Shown: positions 1 to 13,863 of the stretch, in pieces
Position numbering within the stretch: position 1 is the stretch's first letter
How the letters are laid out: each line of letters starts with the position of its first letter
Assembly (NCBI GenBank): GCA_963924565.1
Contig: OZ004611.1
Location: forward strand, 23,436,001-23,500,000
DNA: 64,000 bases
DNA from: Ascidiella aspersa
Lineage: Eukaryota
Direction: 5' to 3'
Position numbers and translations under genes: made by a program
The notes under the pieces: model-generated
The model's database searches: none
Told to the model about the DNA's origin: nothing
The model's input: only the letters and a program-made list of their open reading frames with translations

Positions 1-2
1 AC

Positions 3-2275
<2,273 letters not shown>

Positions 2276-2419
2276 TTTGTAATTTATTGAATTTGGCCTA
2301 TATCGTTATACTAAAACGAAATTTTGCTAATTGTAGCTGTGCAACAAACAAAACACTAAAGTTTAAAGACTTTCCTTGGTGAAAGACAACTATAACACTA
2401 ATATTTTAAGATCGAAAGG

Positions 2420-2890
2420 ACTGAGCGCTGAAGACTGCACGTTTCTGTTCTGCTTAAAAACTCTTGTGTCTTGCTGGCACCGCATGGCGATGCCTTTTTT
2501 CGCGCCATTCGAGAACATTCGCAAGTGACATCAGGCCCCTTTTTCTAGCACCACGCGCTCGGTCAATGAATAACGAACCACGTGATTGCGGGCTTTTCAC
2601 GAGGCGTGCCCACTACTTGCTTTATTACGAAGCCAACCGCCGACATTTCGAGTTCGAGAACGTTCACCCGCGTGCCGCGATGACGTTTTACAAAGCTACG
2701 CTTCCTCTTTCAGCAGCTATCACGTGGTAACCTTTTTGCTGTGAGCCGTTTTACATACTAATTCGAATTGCCCTCCGTACGCCCGGTTATATAACTGCAA
2801 GCGTTTCCAGAACTATCCGCAAGTATGACGATCGTATTTTGTGTGTGCTGGAAACTTCTGCCTCATCATATGTGCTCTGGAATTTTCTAG
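2420..2890 (-). promoter_or_regulatory. Hsc70 promoter with clustered heat-shock elements
   Basis: Perfect three-unit HSEs TTCgaGAAcaTTC (2508-2520) and TTCgaGAAcgTTC (2653-2665); two-unit HSEs near 2805, 2851, 2880; palindromic TTATATAA 2787-2794; TTTTTAAG about 2453-2460 with Inr-like TCAGT at 2424-2420. Confidence 0.8.
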
Positions 2891-3786
2891 CCACACATCT
2901 GTAATATGTTTGTCTGGGTTATGATGCATAACGGCAACAGATAAAAGCTGCCAAAAAATGTATCAATAACAGCTGCCTTACTTTTAGCCCATCTTGACCA
3001 GCAATTTGTCGCCCCAAATAGCTATTGATTAACTGAACAATGGCCATATGTCGTTAACATATGTGGGGACGGTAGCAAACGAGCCGATTACCGTTTCGTG
3101 ACTTAGTACTTAGTGTTTAGGTATTATGTCCTGGTGTGATGCTTTTATATCAGCTGTTAAAATAGCATCGATAAATCCAAGGGAGGTTAGAGTTAAAGTT
3201 TATTTATGCCGGCGTATGTGGCAAAACCTCTGTGGAACGTCCAACCTTTACCGCTTGCCAGTAAGCCTAGGGTCTGCGCTTAACAAAATTGCGTATTTAA
3301 CACTGATAGACTTGTTTTTAAATGAAAAAATGCAAAATGCTTCCGTGAAAAACTAGTCCTCAACCAACATTTGATCAAATTCCCTAGAAAATTTGTTTGG
3401 ACAAACTCTGCTCCCCAGCCACCTTAAAAGCATAAGAAAAAACAACCGGTTGACTACATGATATCACACAAACTTGATGACGTCACAATCAGTTCAATCA
3501 AGTGACCTAGACTTTCACAATAATTCGTAAACAAGAAAGCTTTGTCTTTTTGTCCTTTTTTGAAATTTCTCGTACATCCACTTTCTGCATTGCTGCCTTA
3601 AAGTGATTATACCATAATAACTTTCTCTTTCTCAGCTCATATCTGACAAATGCAGCAATAACACATACCACAGACAGCCAGTAGGCCTGAAAGATTAATA
3701 TTATGACACAAATCTCCCCTTACAAATTACAAAATCCCCCCCCCCTGTGGGGAATTGCCCCCTCGTTGGGAACCACTGAAGGGGGA

Positions 3787-4275
3787 ACACACAATAAAAC
3801 CTTAAAAGCAACAATACCTAAAGCATAAAAATCTATAAAATCATAGTAATAAGACCAACGACATAATTAAGTCAAATAGTAATATTCACGACAGAATAAC
3901 AACTTAATCGTTTAAATAATACATAAACCTATAGGAATAAGTCCTAGTTTGACCGGAATAATGCCTTAAAGGCCCAAATAACGCCTAGAACTGAAGGAAG
4001 AGGGTATTTTTTGGCCCTGTTTTAGGTTATTGATAAGTAAAGGGTGGGGTTAGAAAATGGGTTAGGGTTGAAATTATTAGAGAAGCTAGTGATGTAAAAT
4101 GTTGTATAGGCCTGATTCTGGCCATTTAGGTCTCATTCCGACCGGTGTAGGATTTATTCCGATTTAGACGGTGTTACGACTATTAAATATTAGTCCTATT
4201 TTGGTCTTAATTCGAACTGTTTTATTTCAACGTTGATGTTGTTCTTATTTCGATCTTATGGTTGTCCTCTGTGTC
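3787..4275. repeat. Degenerate foldback (inverted-repeat) element with GGGTTAG-rich centre
   Basis: Left arm ggaataagtccta...ccggaat...gcctag pairs imperfectly with right arm taggcc...attccg...taggatttattcc; centre gggtggggttag...gggttagggttg. Confidence 0.55.
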
Positions 4276-5339
4276 TAGTTGTATGCTACAATGGCATTTA
4301 AATGAAACTAGATAAGACAGTTAGCTAAACAATGCCCTCGCTTGCTCGCTTTGTCATTCCTTCCTGAGAACTATCGAAGTGCCATATCCATTTCCTCCAG
4401 CGACCAGACTTAAACAACAAAAGTAATGGATTATCCTGCTGCTATTGCGGCCACATCCTTCTTGATGGTAAGTTGTTCGACATAAGAGACGGCTGCACAA
4501 TTAATTATCCCAAGGAGCACAGCGGAAATGATTTCGAGCCAACCCACTGTAAAGAAATTGGAACGATAAAAAATAACGTGGACTCTTTTTCAAGGATGAC
4601 ATGCGAAATCATTAAGCGTTTCTTAGATAAAAATATTTCTTAAACAATATTTTGTTGTTTTGCTTTTTTGCATATTCAATGTGCGTCAAGCAGCGGAGGA
4701 ACTAGGAAAAGGCCCCAGGCCATTTGGTACCTTGAACGCTAATTCTGTTAAGTTTTACTCTCTAAATAGAAGTTTTGTAGCTTGGCGGGTAGGCTACTTT
4801 GCTATGTCTTTGTCCGTTTTAAAGAATCATATTCAGTGCCAGACAAAGCGCCATGTATACTATGACACATCGTGCCCTGTGACACATAAACTGTCCTAAG
4901 TGCAATTTCTGGCAAATTAGACTATAAATGACGTTATTTCGCAGTATGCGAAACTCTTTTATGTGCACAATGCATCGCGTGTCGTTATATATTGATGGTT
5001 TAGCAAATTAAAGCAAATAAGCCTTATTTTCAGCGCTTTATGGTTTTCGGTTTCGTATTTACGCACATATTCGCTCGAGAACAACCGGTGTTTATAAGCA
5101 TATTTGTTTTATGATGTCACGTTATGATGTAACTTGTGACATCATTCCCGAAAATGTTCATGCCTCCTGAAAGATCTAGATCCGCGCCTGGTGTCTATAA
5201 TAGGTATGGAGTCGCAAAAATTACCATATGCCCTAATTATAACTCAATAGGCGTATAGATTACCTATGCCTTTCAATTTTACCAACTAATTACCCAATGA
5301 GAAATTAAAACACAACGTCATTCATGTGTTGACTAAATA

Positions 5340-6600
5340 ATAATAATTATATTATATTATTATTATTATTTTGTTAATATCGGGATCTAAACCTGCTCCG
5401 CCATTTCCGCCATTTCTAGTTGTTGATCTTTTTTCAATATATCGTAAGATCCAAGCAAAACCACAAAGGTTGTAAAAAAGACGCAAAACAACTTTATTCA
5501 ACAAGAGCAGAAAACTATATAGTTACGCAGATAGCATCGTCAGTCCTGCCCATATTTTATAAACACAACGAAACACAAAAAAAATATATAAATAAAACTA
5601 TTACCAAGTATAAAATGCCAAGACCAGGATGACTATACAGTACAGTCAATGTGTAAACTAATTTCAGAGGTGTTGTGTTAACATTTTTTTATTCTATGTC
5701 TGATTGTAAGCGTTTACTTAATGTCTACCAAGTTTTATCGGATAATTGCTTTGTGAGCTTGATAGCCACTAGCATAATCCAAAGCAGTGGTTTTCAACCA
5801 GGGTTCCGCGGAACCTAAGGCTTTCGCTAGTACAGGCCAGGGGTTCCGCAATTTATAAATTGTGTAGCTAATTGAGGTGTGTTTATTACACTGGGGTTCT
5901 TCGAGTCACTGGAATTGTTGCACTGGGGTTCCTCGAGCCAGTGAAATGTTTTCATAGGGTTCCACTTCAGCAAAAAGGTTGAAAAGCACTGATCCAAAGC
6001 AACGCTATGTGTTTGTCTCCGCTTTCACCAAGTGGTAGTTACCGTTAACATTAACTCTCCGCCAGGTGCCGCTACAGATCGACCTTTGACTATTTTAGGT
6101 AAAAACTCATGACACTTTAACGTATTTGAAGGTATTTGGAGAAAATTAAACATATTGAAAGCTATTTGGAGAAAATTAAATCTTGGATCACTTCAAGATT
6201 ACTGTACAAAACAATCTGTTACTCTTCAGTTTGGAACTGAAGTCGATTAAAATTTGTTGAATTACTTGCTGTTATATGAGCATGGTTCGTCAAATATCGC
6301 TGTAAGTATGCAAAAACAGCCTGATTTGCTAGGTTTAGTTTTATGATCAAGTCAATAAAAAACAGAATATTCTGTACTTCTAGACTTGCAACTCATAAAG
6401 TTAAGCCCGATGATTTTAAACCTTTCTTTTGCTACTTCATCGGTGTGTTTATTCGTGTTCGTAGTTTTCTGATTTGTTGTAATTTGCGTAATAAATAGAC
6501 AAATAGTAATAAAAACGGTGACGCCCTGAAAAATTTATTTCGGATAAAAGACTTAAAATACAGACTTCATAGCCGTTCAGGTTTATTTCAGTTCAATTAC
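5340..6600 (-). mobile_element. Degenerate LINE 3' remnant, interrupted by a hAT MITE
   Basis: (TAA)n-type tail at about 5340-5370; 5381-5550 is homologous to 21621-21807, which has the same tail; only weak, stop-riddled RT-like translation upstream, so the 5' boundary is approximate. Confidence 0.4.
5785..5991. mobile_element. hAT-family MITE
   Basis: TIRs CAGTGGTTTTCAACC / GGTTGAAAAGCACTG; perfect 8-bp TSD ATCCAAAG (5777-5784, 5992-5999). Confidence 0.9.
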
Positions 6601-9600
6601 ACAAAAGTTTTCTATGACATTGTTCGAAACCGCATTTTGTATGCAAATGTCTTGTATGCTGCCAGGAGTTTCGGTTCCTCCGTTTACTCGCTCTGTTTCA
6701 GTTTGTGATGAAAATAAACACAAGGTTAGTTTTTTTTAATATATTTTAATCGCACCTCGCCTTAATTGACGCGAAGTAATTAAGAAACACTCTGAGGCAA
6801 CGCTTTGAATCTCAATGCTGACTATGCGGCTGTAATAAGGATCCACATATTCTCTTTTACGAGGTTCAATTTTCTGAACAAAATGTCCCCCCAGGACACT
6901 GGAAAACGCCTAATTGCCCAACTTTTTGTATTTTGCGTTATGTTGCTGATATATTTATGTGACTTTTCAAGATGAGGATCAAGTTAAGTGAAATGACTTT
7001 TGGCGACAGAATCAGGACTAATTATATATTACCATTTATTTAAAAAAAGCGAAGAAACCCACCAAAAAATAAAATATGATAGGCTGAACTTATAACATGC
7101 TAAAATAAAAAATAATACATAATTCTAAATTTATTCATATTAAGCACCTAATTAGGCCTACAGTATGAGTATGCTTGTGTTTGCCTTTAGCAGTACACGT
7201 TTTACACTTATATAATATCTTTATAGCTATACTCTCTACGGAAATCAAAAGGGTTTCAAACCCGAAAACATAATTTATGTACATAAAACTACAAGATTTG
7301 CGCGTTGTGTGGTATTAGTTTGTTCTCACAGATGTAAGATTATGTTTGCAAGGTAGTCGTAGCCAGCATATGGTTGGAAAAACAAGGCTATTTGTTAAAC
7401 ACACTGGATTACACCAGGGCGTCAAATCGTGACAACGTTAAACACAGGAGTCATTAAAAAGCATTAGAATTTAACATTTTTTGTCTTTGCCAAGCCACTG
7501 GAATCTGATTTACGACAATGCTTTTAAATTAGTCAACTGCTGACAATTGAAACATGGTTCGTTTGACATACAAGCTCTTGAAAACGCGGAATGGTCTAAG
7601 AACGTATAGCAGAATTGAGAGCTGGGCGCTGTCAACACTTGTCGTATGACCTGGGTGGCCTAAACTCAATTGCTGTCTTTACGTTTGAGTATAGGCAGCT
7701 AAACGAACGACATCAAAAAATAAATTGATTGGTTCTAATTGTGCAATTAAATACTTTGAAAAGGTGTGTGGATCGTAAATTTTTGGCTGCTTGACTTTAC
7801 ACGATGAATCTCGCGACCGAAAAATTCAAAACACGAGTGAAATATGTTCGTTAAGGTGTTTGCGAGGTTTAGGATTCTTTATAATAAATAGAGTTGTCAA
7901 GATTTTTTATCATACCAAGTTTAGCACGACGTTGTATTTCACGCAGACGCCACTGCGCATGTCTGTCGCGCTGAAATGGGCTGAACCGTACGTCTAGTAA
8001 AAGATTGTTCTTAACAAAAAAAAACTTTTCCTGTAAGTTCTGTATTTATTCTGCCTTAGAAAATCGCTTTTAATGTCACGCTATATAGCCGACTAATTGG
8101 CACGTAACTGAATTGGTCAACCAGCAGTGGAAGTTACAGGCGGTACTCAGTTAACAGTTAAACAACACTGGAAGATGTAGATTTTTCTTGTGTTTAAAAA
8201 GGCCGTTTGATATACAAATACATGAGAGAAAATAGTCGCAAAAGTAAGTTTTGGTTTATAAAATAAAATCGAGTTTGTCGCAGCGGTAGTTACTTTACAT
8301 CACCGGAAAAAATCCAGTAGGCCAATAATAATTACTTTACTGCCTGTTATCAATATTCTTTCACGTGCATTTTGTCAGTAAAATAACTAACCTGCTGTTA
8401 AGCCTGGGCAAAGTTGGGGATTTCGTTTGGTTTCTATGTATTTAAATCAATGCGTGAGCTTTTTTTATTAAACCGCGGAGTAGTCATTTCTCTACATAGC
8501 ACAGCGATCTTTTTCATACACGATATTTACCAAAATATTACACTGATACTTTATGGAACAATTTGAATATTATTTAAATGTCACCAGCTTGAAACATATT
8601 TCTTTGGAAAATAAATAGCTGCAGGGGAAAAGGTTGCTTTGCAATAAGGAGAACTTTTTGTCGTGCGCAGTGTTCCCAATCTTGAGCTATTATAGGCGAT
8701 TGCTTGCACCACGAAACGGGGCGTTCACTGAAATACTAATGAGAAAGTTGTAACTTTTCTGTTGGGACAACATGCGCCAAAACGAAAGATTCGAACTACA
8801 TGATTTGCGCCATTATAGGAAATAGAGCGCGTTTATCCTAATCAGGTGTTATTAATAGAAACAATTAAGTTTGAAATATTGTAAAGCTTCTAAAAATTTT
8901 CTCTTTTCTGTTGTAAGAAAATAAAACATGAACATAACAACAGATATGGAAAGCGGGTGGAGAATAAAGTGCTTTTCCACTTATAACGTCACAACGCTTT
9001 AAGCTGAGTTAGTGTGTTGTGCGACCCATACTGATTTAGAAGGAACTTCACGCAGTCCTTGCAGCAGATATGTCAACAACATAAATAGAAATAAACGCTT
9101 ATTTTTTTTAGTATACGAGATGAAAAGAAACTTAGTCGTTTTCGCTTTTTGGACCAATTGCGTTTTCTTAACTGTAGACATGAACTGATGCGGACCTGCT
9201 GTCTGTTGAATATTTGTGTTTAATTCGCACCTGTGTACGCCGACCGTCGATTTTCGGACACTATAAAGAGAGCAAGTAGGTCTAATCATTTTACAGAAAC
9301 GACACATTCCGGAACTTTTTGGTGTACATTTGTTGATTCTCGTTAAGCATTCCGTGATAAAAAAAATTCTTATATGCACCTGCAATTAGAAGCCAAGTTT
9401 AAGGCTACGGTTTTATCTCAACCCGCCCAGCTGTGTTTGTAAGCAATTCGCGCCACGGCCCTTCTTTAAGAAAGAGGTAGTAAGTTTTACGACGGCGACG
9501 ATCGGATCTCCCCCCCCCACTAACTCTCCCCTGCTGGCTAGTACGCGCATACCGATCGGTACGGCCATTAATCTTTCCCCCGCCGGACGAGGGGAAAGGG

Positions 9601-12600
9601 CAAAGTTTTAGTCACGTACGTAACACCAGTAGCGCGGCGCCTGCGCCAACTAGGTTCAAGCACGTATATCTCCCCGTATTCGCGCGGCGCGTCTAAAATG
9701 CACCGGTTTGAAATATGGACGGCCTCTTTTACGCGCGTGTTTTAATATATGTGTCGCTGGGAGGCCGTGTATTGTGTTCCACCGATGTTTCGGTGCCGCG
9801 CGATGCTTAATTTCCATGAAAAGCCACGGAGGGGAGTTATAAGGGTTCGATCGACCAGCGGTTGATGACACTTGGTCTATTCGCTGCTGACAGATTAAAG
9901 TTAGGCGCAATATTCTGAAGTCTTATCAAACACTCGGGTAAATTCAATTGTTGGCGTAATTTAAGGTGTTAGGGAGCGCAGCAAGTCTGGCTTTTAACTG
10001 TTTAACTTTAATTTGATGTTTTGGGAGACGTATCAATAAAGCAGAGTTATGTTTTTTTGCGGAACGTATAAAAAGAATACGCGGGTCATATGAACTGATA
10101 AACTGAACGGCCATTTGGCAAAAAAACAGTAAAAGGGGCCTTTGTAGTAAGCTACATACGAGCGCATGCAGTTTAGATGCGCTGTCAATCAAATAAACCT
10201 TTGTAGTTTTTAGACAATATTCGACAAACAATAATCCCAACTGTCGATTTCAAAGAAAAGCGCACCGACCTACGCTGACGTCGAAAAATTGCCCCACGGC
10301 CAAGCTAAGTCCTGTACGGCGAAACGTCCATGTTAAACAGTGCTGTGGTGCGCGGCGGCCACCCTAATTGCTCGTTGCACGGTCATGGTCAAACCCGACC
10401 CGCTTGTAATCTCTAAGCACCGGATTCGGTAGCTGCATTTAACCGGCAGCGGACCGTCCGGCGCCGTAGGCGCTCAGGGCAACGTTCCCTCGATGGGAAT
10501 GGCGTGCTTTCGACGGTCAAATTCGGTTTTACCTTTGCAGTGGCGGCGTGTTTTTATACAGAACAATGACTGCAAAATTACAGAAAGCCCATACGCCGCA
10601 TTGAGTATATCAAACAGAGTAACAAGTTTCTCAAAAGGTTAGAACGCAACTTAAAAACTGGATTTAAACGTATTTTTAGGTTTTCATGTAGTTTAGCTGA
10701 TGGCAGCCATTATAAGCCAGCTTGGGAATGCGAGGCCTGTAGAAAACTCTACATTTAGAATTTGAACAATTGTAAGCAGCTTGGCATATCACTACAGAGT
10801 GATACATGTCGGAATGTTGCTTTATCTTCATTTCACACATAGTTCCATCGTAAACCGCGCCTTACTTTTTAAGTCGGTATTTTAGCCGCAAAAAGTCTTC
10901 GACGATCACGTTTCAGCTTTCATTTCGCGGAAATTTACAGGTGCGGTCCGACTTCGGCAAACTAATAAAAAGTTAATTTTTATCGTTTAACTACGCCACT
11001 TCCCTTGGTCGCGTTAATCGAATAATCACGCTTCCCCGCCGCCCTTAACCAGGGTTTAAGTGTCGTCATCGGCGAGTTAATTGCCAATACGGCCAGTCCG
11101 TTTCGTTATTAGGATTCTGCGTGCGCAATTCGGGCTGAATTGATTACGCGACCCGCATAGTTTGAGGACTATAGCGTCAACCACCGGTTATCCGCTTATT
11201 TCCTTCATTTGACCAATAAGAGTTTTTTTGTTTTTTGCACGAATTCTGGAAATCGACTCGTCGGCTCGGCTCAGCAGGTCAAACACTTAATGCGTTACGG
11301 CTCCATGTGAAGAACAGCCTTATATAAGACGGCGCATGAACTAGTTTGGCTCCGGGGACTACTGTGACAGGAGATTCAATTTTTCAGATATACTGTTCGT
11401 TGGTTTTGTTTTCGAAACGTTACAATAAGTTATGGTCTGATGAAGAATGTTTTGGTATAACCTTGAAGCTTTATGAAAGGGTTAGAACAAGGTTTTACTT
11501 GCATTTAAACATTATTTCGACTTCATTATGTCACATTCAACTGCGATATAGGTTTAGTAATTTATTTCGGTGTATCAACAAAAGTTACAGAAGTGATAAT
11601 CAGAAAGACGTAAGTCGCCAATCGAGACTTAACACGATAAAATTTGAACGGTCATTAATTTATTTTGTTATCCTAATTGCTCGATAAATCTTTAATTTGT
11701 GTAGTTCTAAAAAGACGGTTATCTATACCAACTAAAAATAGAAGTTCTAACCGAAACGACTTAAAAAAATAGTTTTTATCATGATATCATAATTTATTGC
11801 CGTTATTTTTGATACCGTTATATTATAGTTTGCTGAATGTGTTCTCATTTGAATATTTTATATTCAAATGTTATCCTATAACCCATCAAGGGGCAGCCAA
11901 CACGTCGATCGCCACATTTCACCTGGACGATCGTGTGGAATATGTGTTACGTCATTACAGTAGCCATCGCACACAAACGGTAAATTCAAATAACCAATTG
12001 TTGTTTGGACAATCCTAATAAAGAGTGTTTTGACGTAAAAAATTACCTCCATCGCTGGCTTGGAATACAATTAACGCGCAAAATGTATAGTAAGTGTACT
12101 TGTGACTTTTTTGTCGATCGGAAATCACTACAAAAGATTTTAATCGACCGCAATCAAACATAAGTTGGATAGCCTGACCTATACTGCCTAATGATGTGTG
12201 ATGCTTTAATTTTACCATTGGTTTTACCAATCCTAATTAATGGCGATTAGTTTATCTTCGTCATAACTGTTGTTCGATATAATGTTCTATTAAAGGCGTT
12301 TAGCCAGGAGGTCAACCTTTTTTATCAGATATATCAGGCGCGCACGCGAAGCTCGTGATTTATTGCGTCACATGAAAAACTCAGGATAGCGACTGTAACA
12401 CAGTTTTCGGCAGCGAGAGTTGATAAGGACAAGCGATTTCACGCCGTTTTGTTTCGATCGCGCCCGTTTCGCCGAGTCGGCGCGATTTCGTTATGTGTTG
12501 TGATTACAGGAAATTTGTCTTTAAAGCGCTCGGCGTGCAAAATGCAGGTTGTTGGCCCGCGGGCGTCGCAGATTGCGCGCTGATATTTTCACGCGTTTTC

Positions 12601-13863
12601 GACGGAATTCGAGCGCAAATGTGCTTGTCTCCGCCGCGTGTAAGGTTCTGCGGTATCTGGGAAGCTATTTGGAGTTTAAAACGTCATGTTTTCTTGGTTT
12701 TTCGTCGTTACATAAAGATTGAGCCAATGTGTTCGGGCATTACGTGGGCATGCAGCTTTCTGAAACATTCAGCTGCTTATAACTTAATACAGTCAGCTAT
12801 AGCTGATATTAAGTTGTTTTGTTTTAGATTTTAGAGCAGTGATTCTCAAAATGTGTGCCGCGGCACATTCGTGTGCATTAAAAGGTTATCAAGTGCGCCG
12901 CGTAAGTTTTCGTTATCTCGGAAAAAAGGTATTTTGCGAATATTTTTTTTTGTGCCTAAAAAAAGAGTGAGTATAAGGTTCAGGTTGCTTTATACGAGGG
13001 TGTGGACTGGCATTTTCCTGATGGTTTGTTTTACCGTGTAGTGTTTGTAAACCAGAAATAAAGTTAAAACTCGAATCAAGGTAATTTTTTAACTTGTTTT
13101 TATCTTGCTAAACACGAACAAACATGGACACGTGAATGAGGTGCAAAGTCTCACGTAGAGTAAGCCAAGTTTATTGATCTTGCATATTGTTGGTGGCCGT
13201 ACATTCGTACAAATACTGCTGTATACGCGTTTTGACAGTTTGTTGTAGAAATATATATTCTTAGGACAGAAAAAAGTTTATATACAATGGCAGTTTATTT
13301 TTTTGTAAATTGTGTTTTTATTGGTGGTTTTCGGTGTAGATTAGGGTGACGTTTTTATTGGCCAAACTAATATCGTAATTGCACACAGTTGGTGCGAAGC
13401 TTTAGGAACCAGAACATTTAAAAACTTTTTTTCGACAAACAATTAATAACACTTTTTTTGGGCAGAATAAAAGACGCACAACTAGCTGTTATTATTAAAC
13501 AGAACTTGATAAAATCAGCTAAACATTTCTGAATAATTGGTGTGCGGTTCGGTTCTTTAATGTCTCATGTCATTATTTTTTAATTAATTTCTATGTTTTA
13601 GTTTTTTATATTGAATTGTAAAGCGATCTGGTTTTGTTAAGATTTTTGTATTAATTCAATTGTAAATAACAAAAATGAAATGAAGACCTAATTAAAACGC
13701 ATCTCTGATTGGGTGAAAACGGCCTCAGCGACCACAGGCAGAACCACAACAGATTTAAACGTCGACACCACAAATTGTGCGAAACCCATGATCTTTGCCC
13801 CATAATCGCGATATCGCCGATTTTTCGTCGATTCTAGTCTTATTTTTTATTACGCTGAAATAG

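Noticed and set aside
2701-2730. Plus-strand TCT/TOP start CTTCCTCTTTC of a divergent gene
   Set aside because: No downstream exons or snoRNA boxes support it.
9473-9540. let-7/miR-98-like AGAGGTAGTAAGTT
   Set aside because: No complementary 3' arm downstream; the 3' half diverges from let-7.
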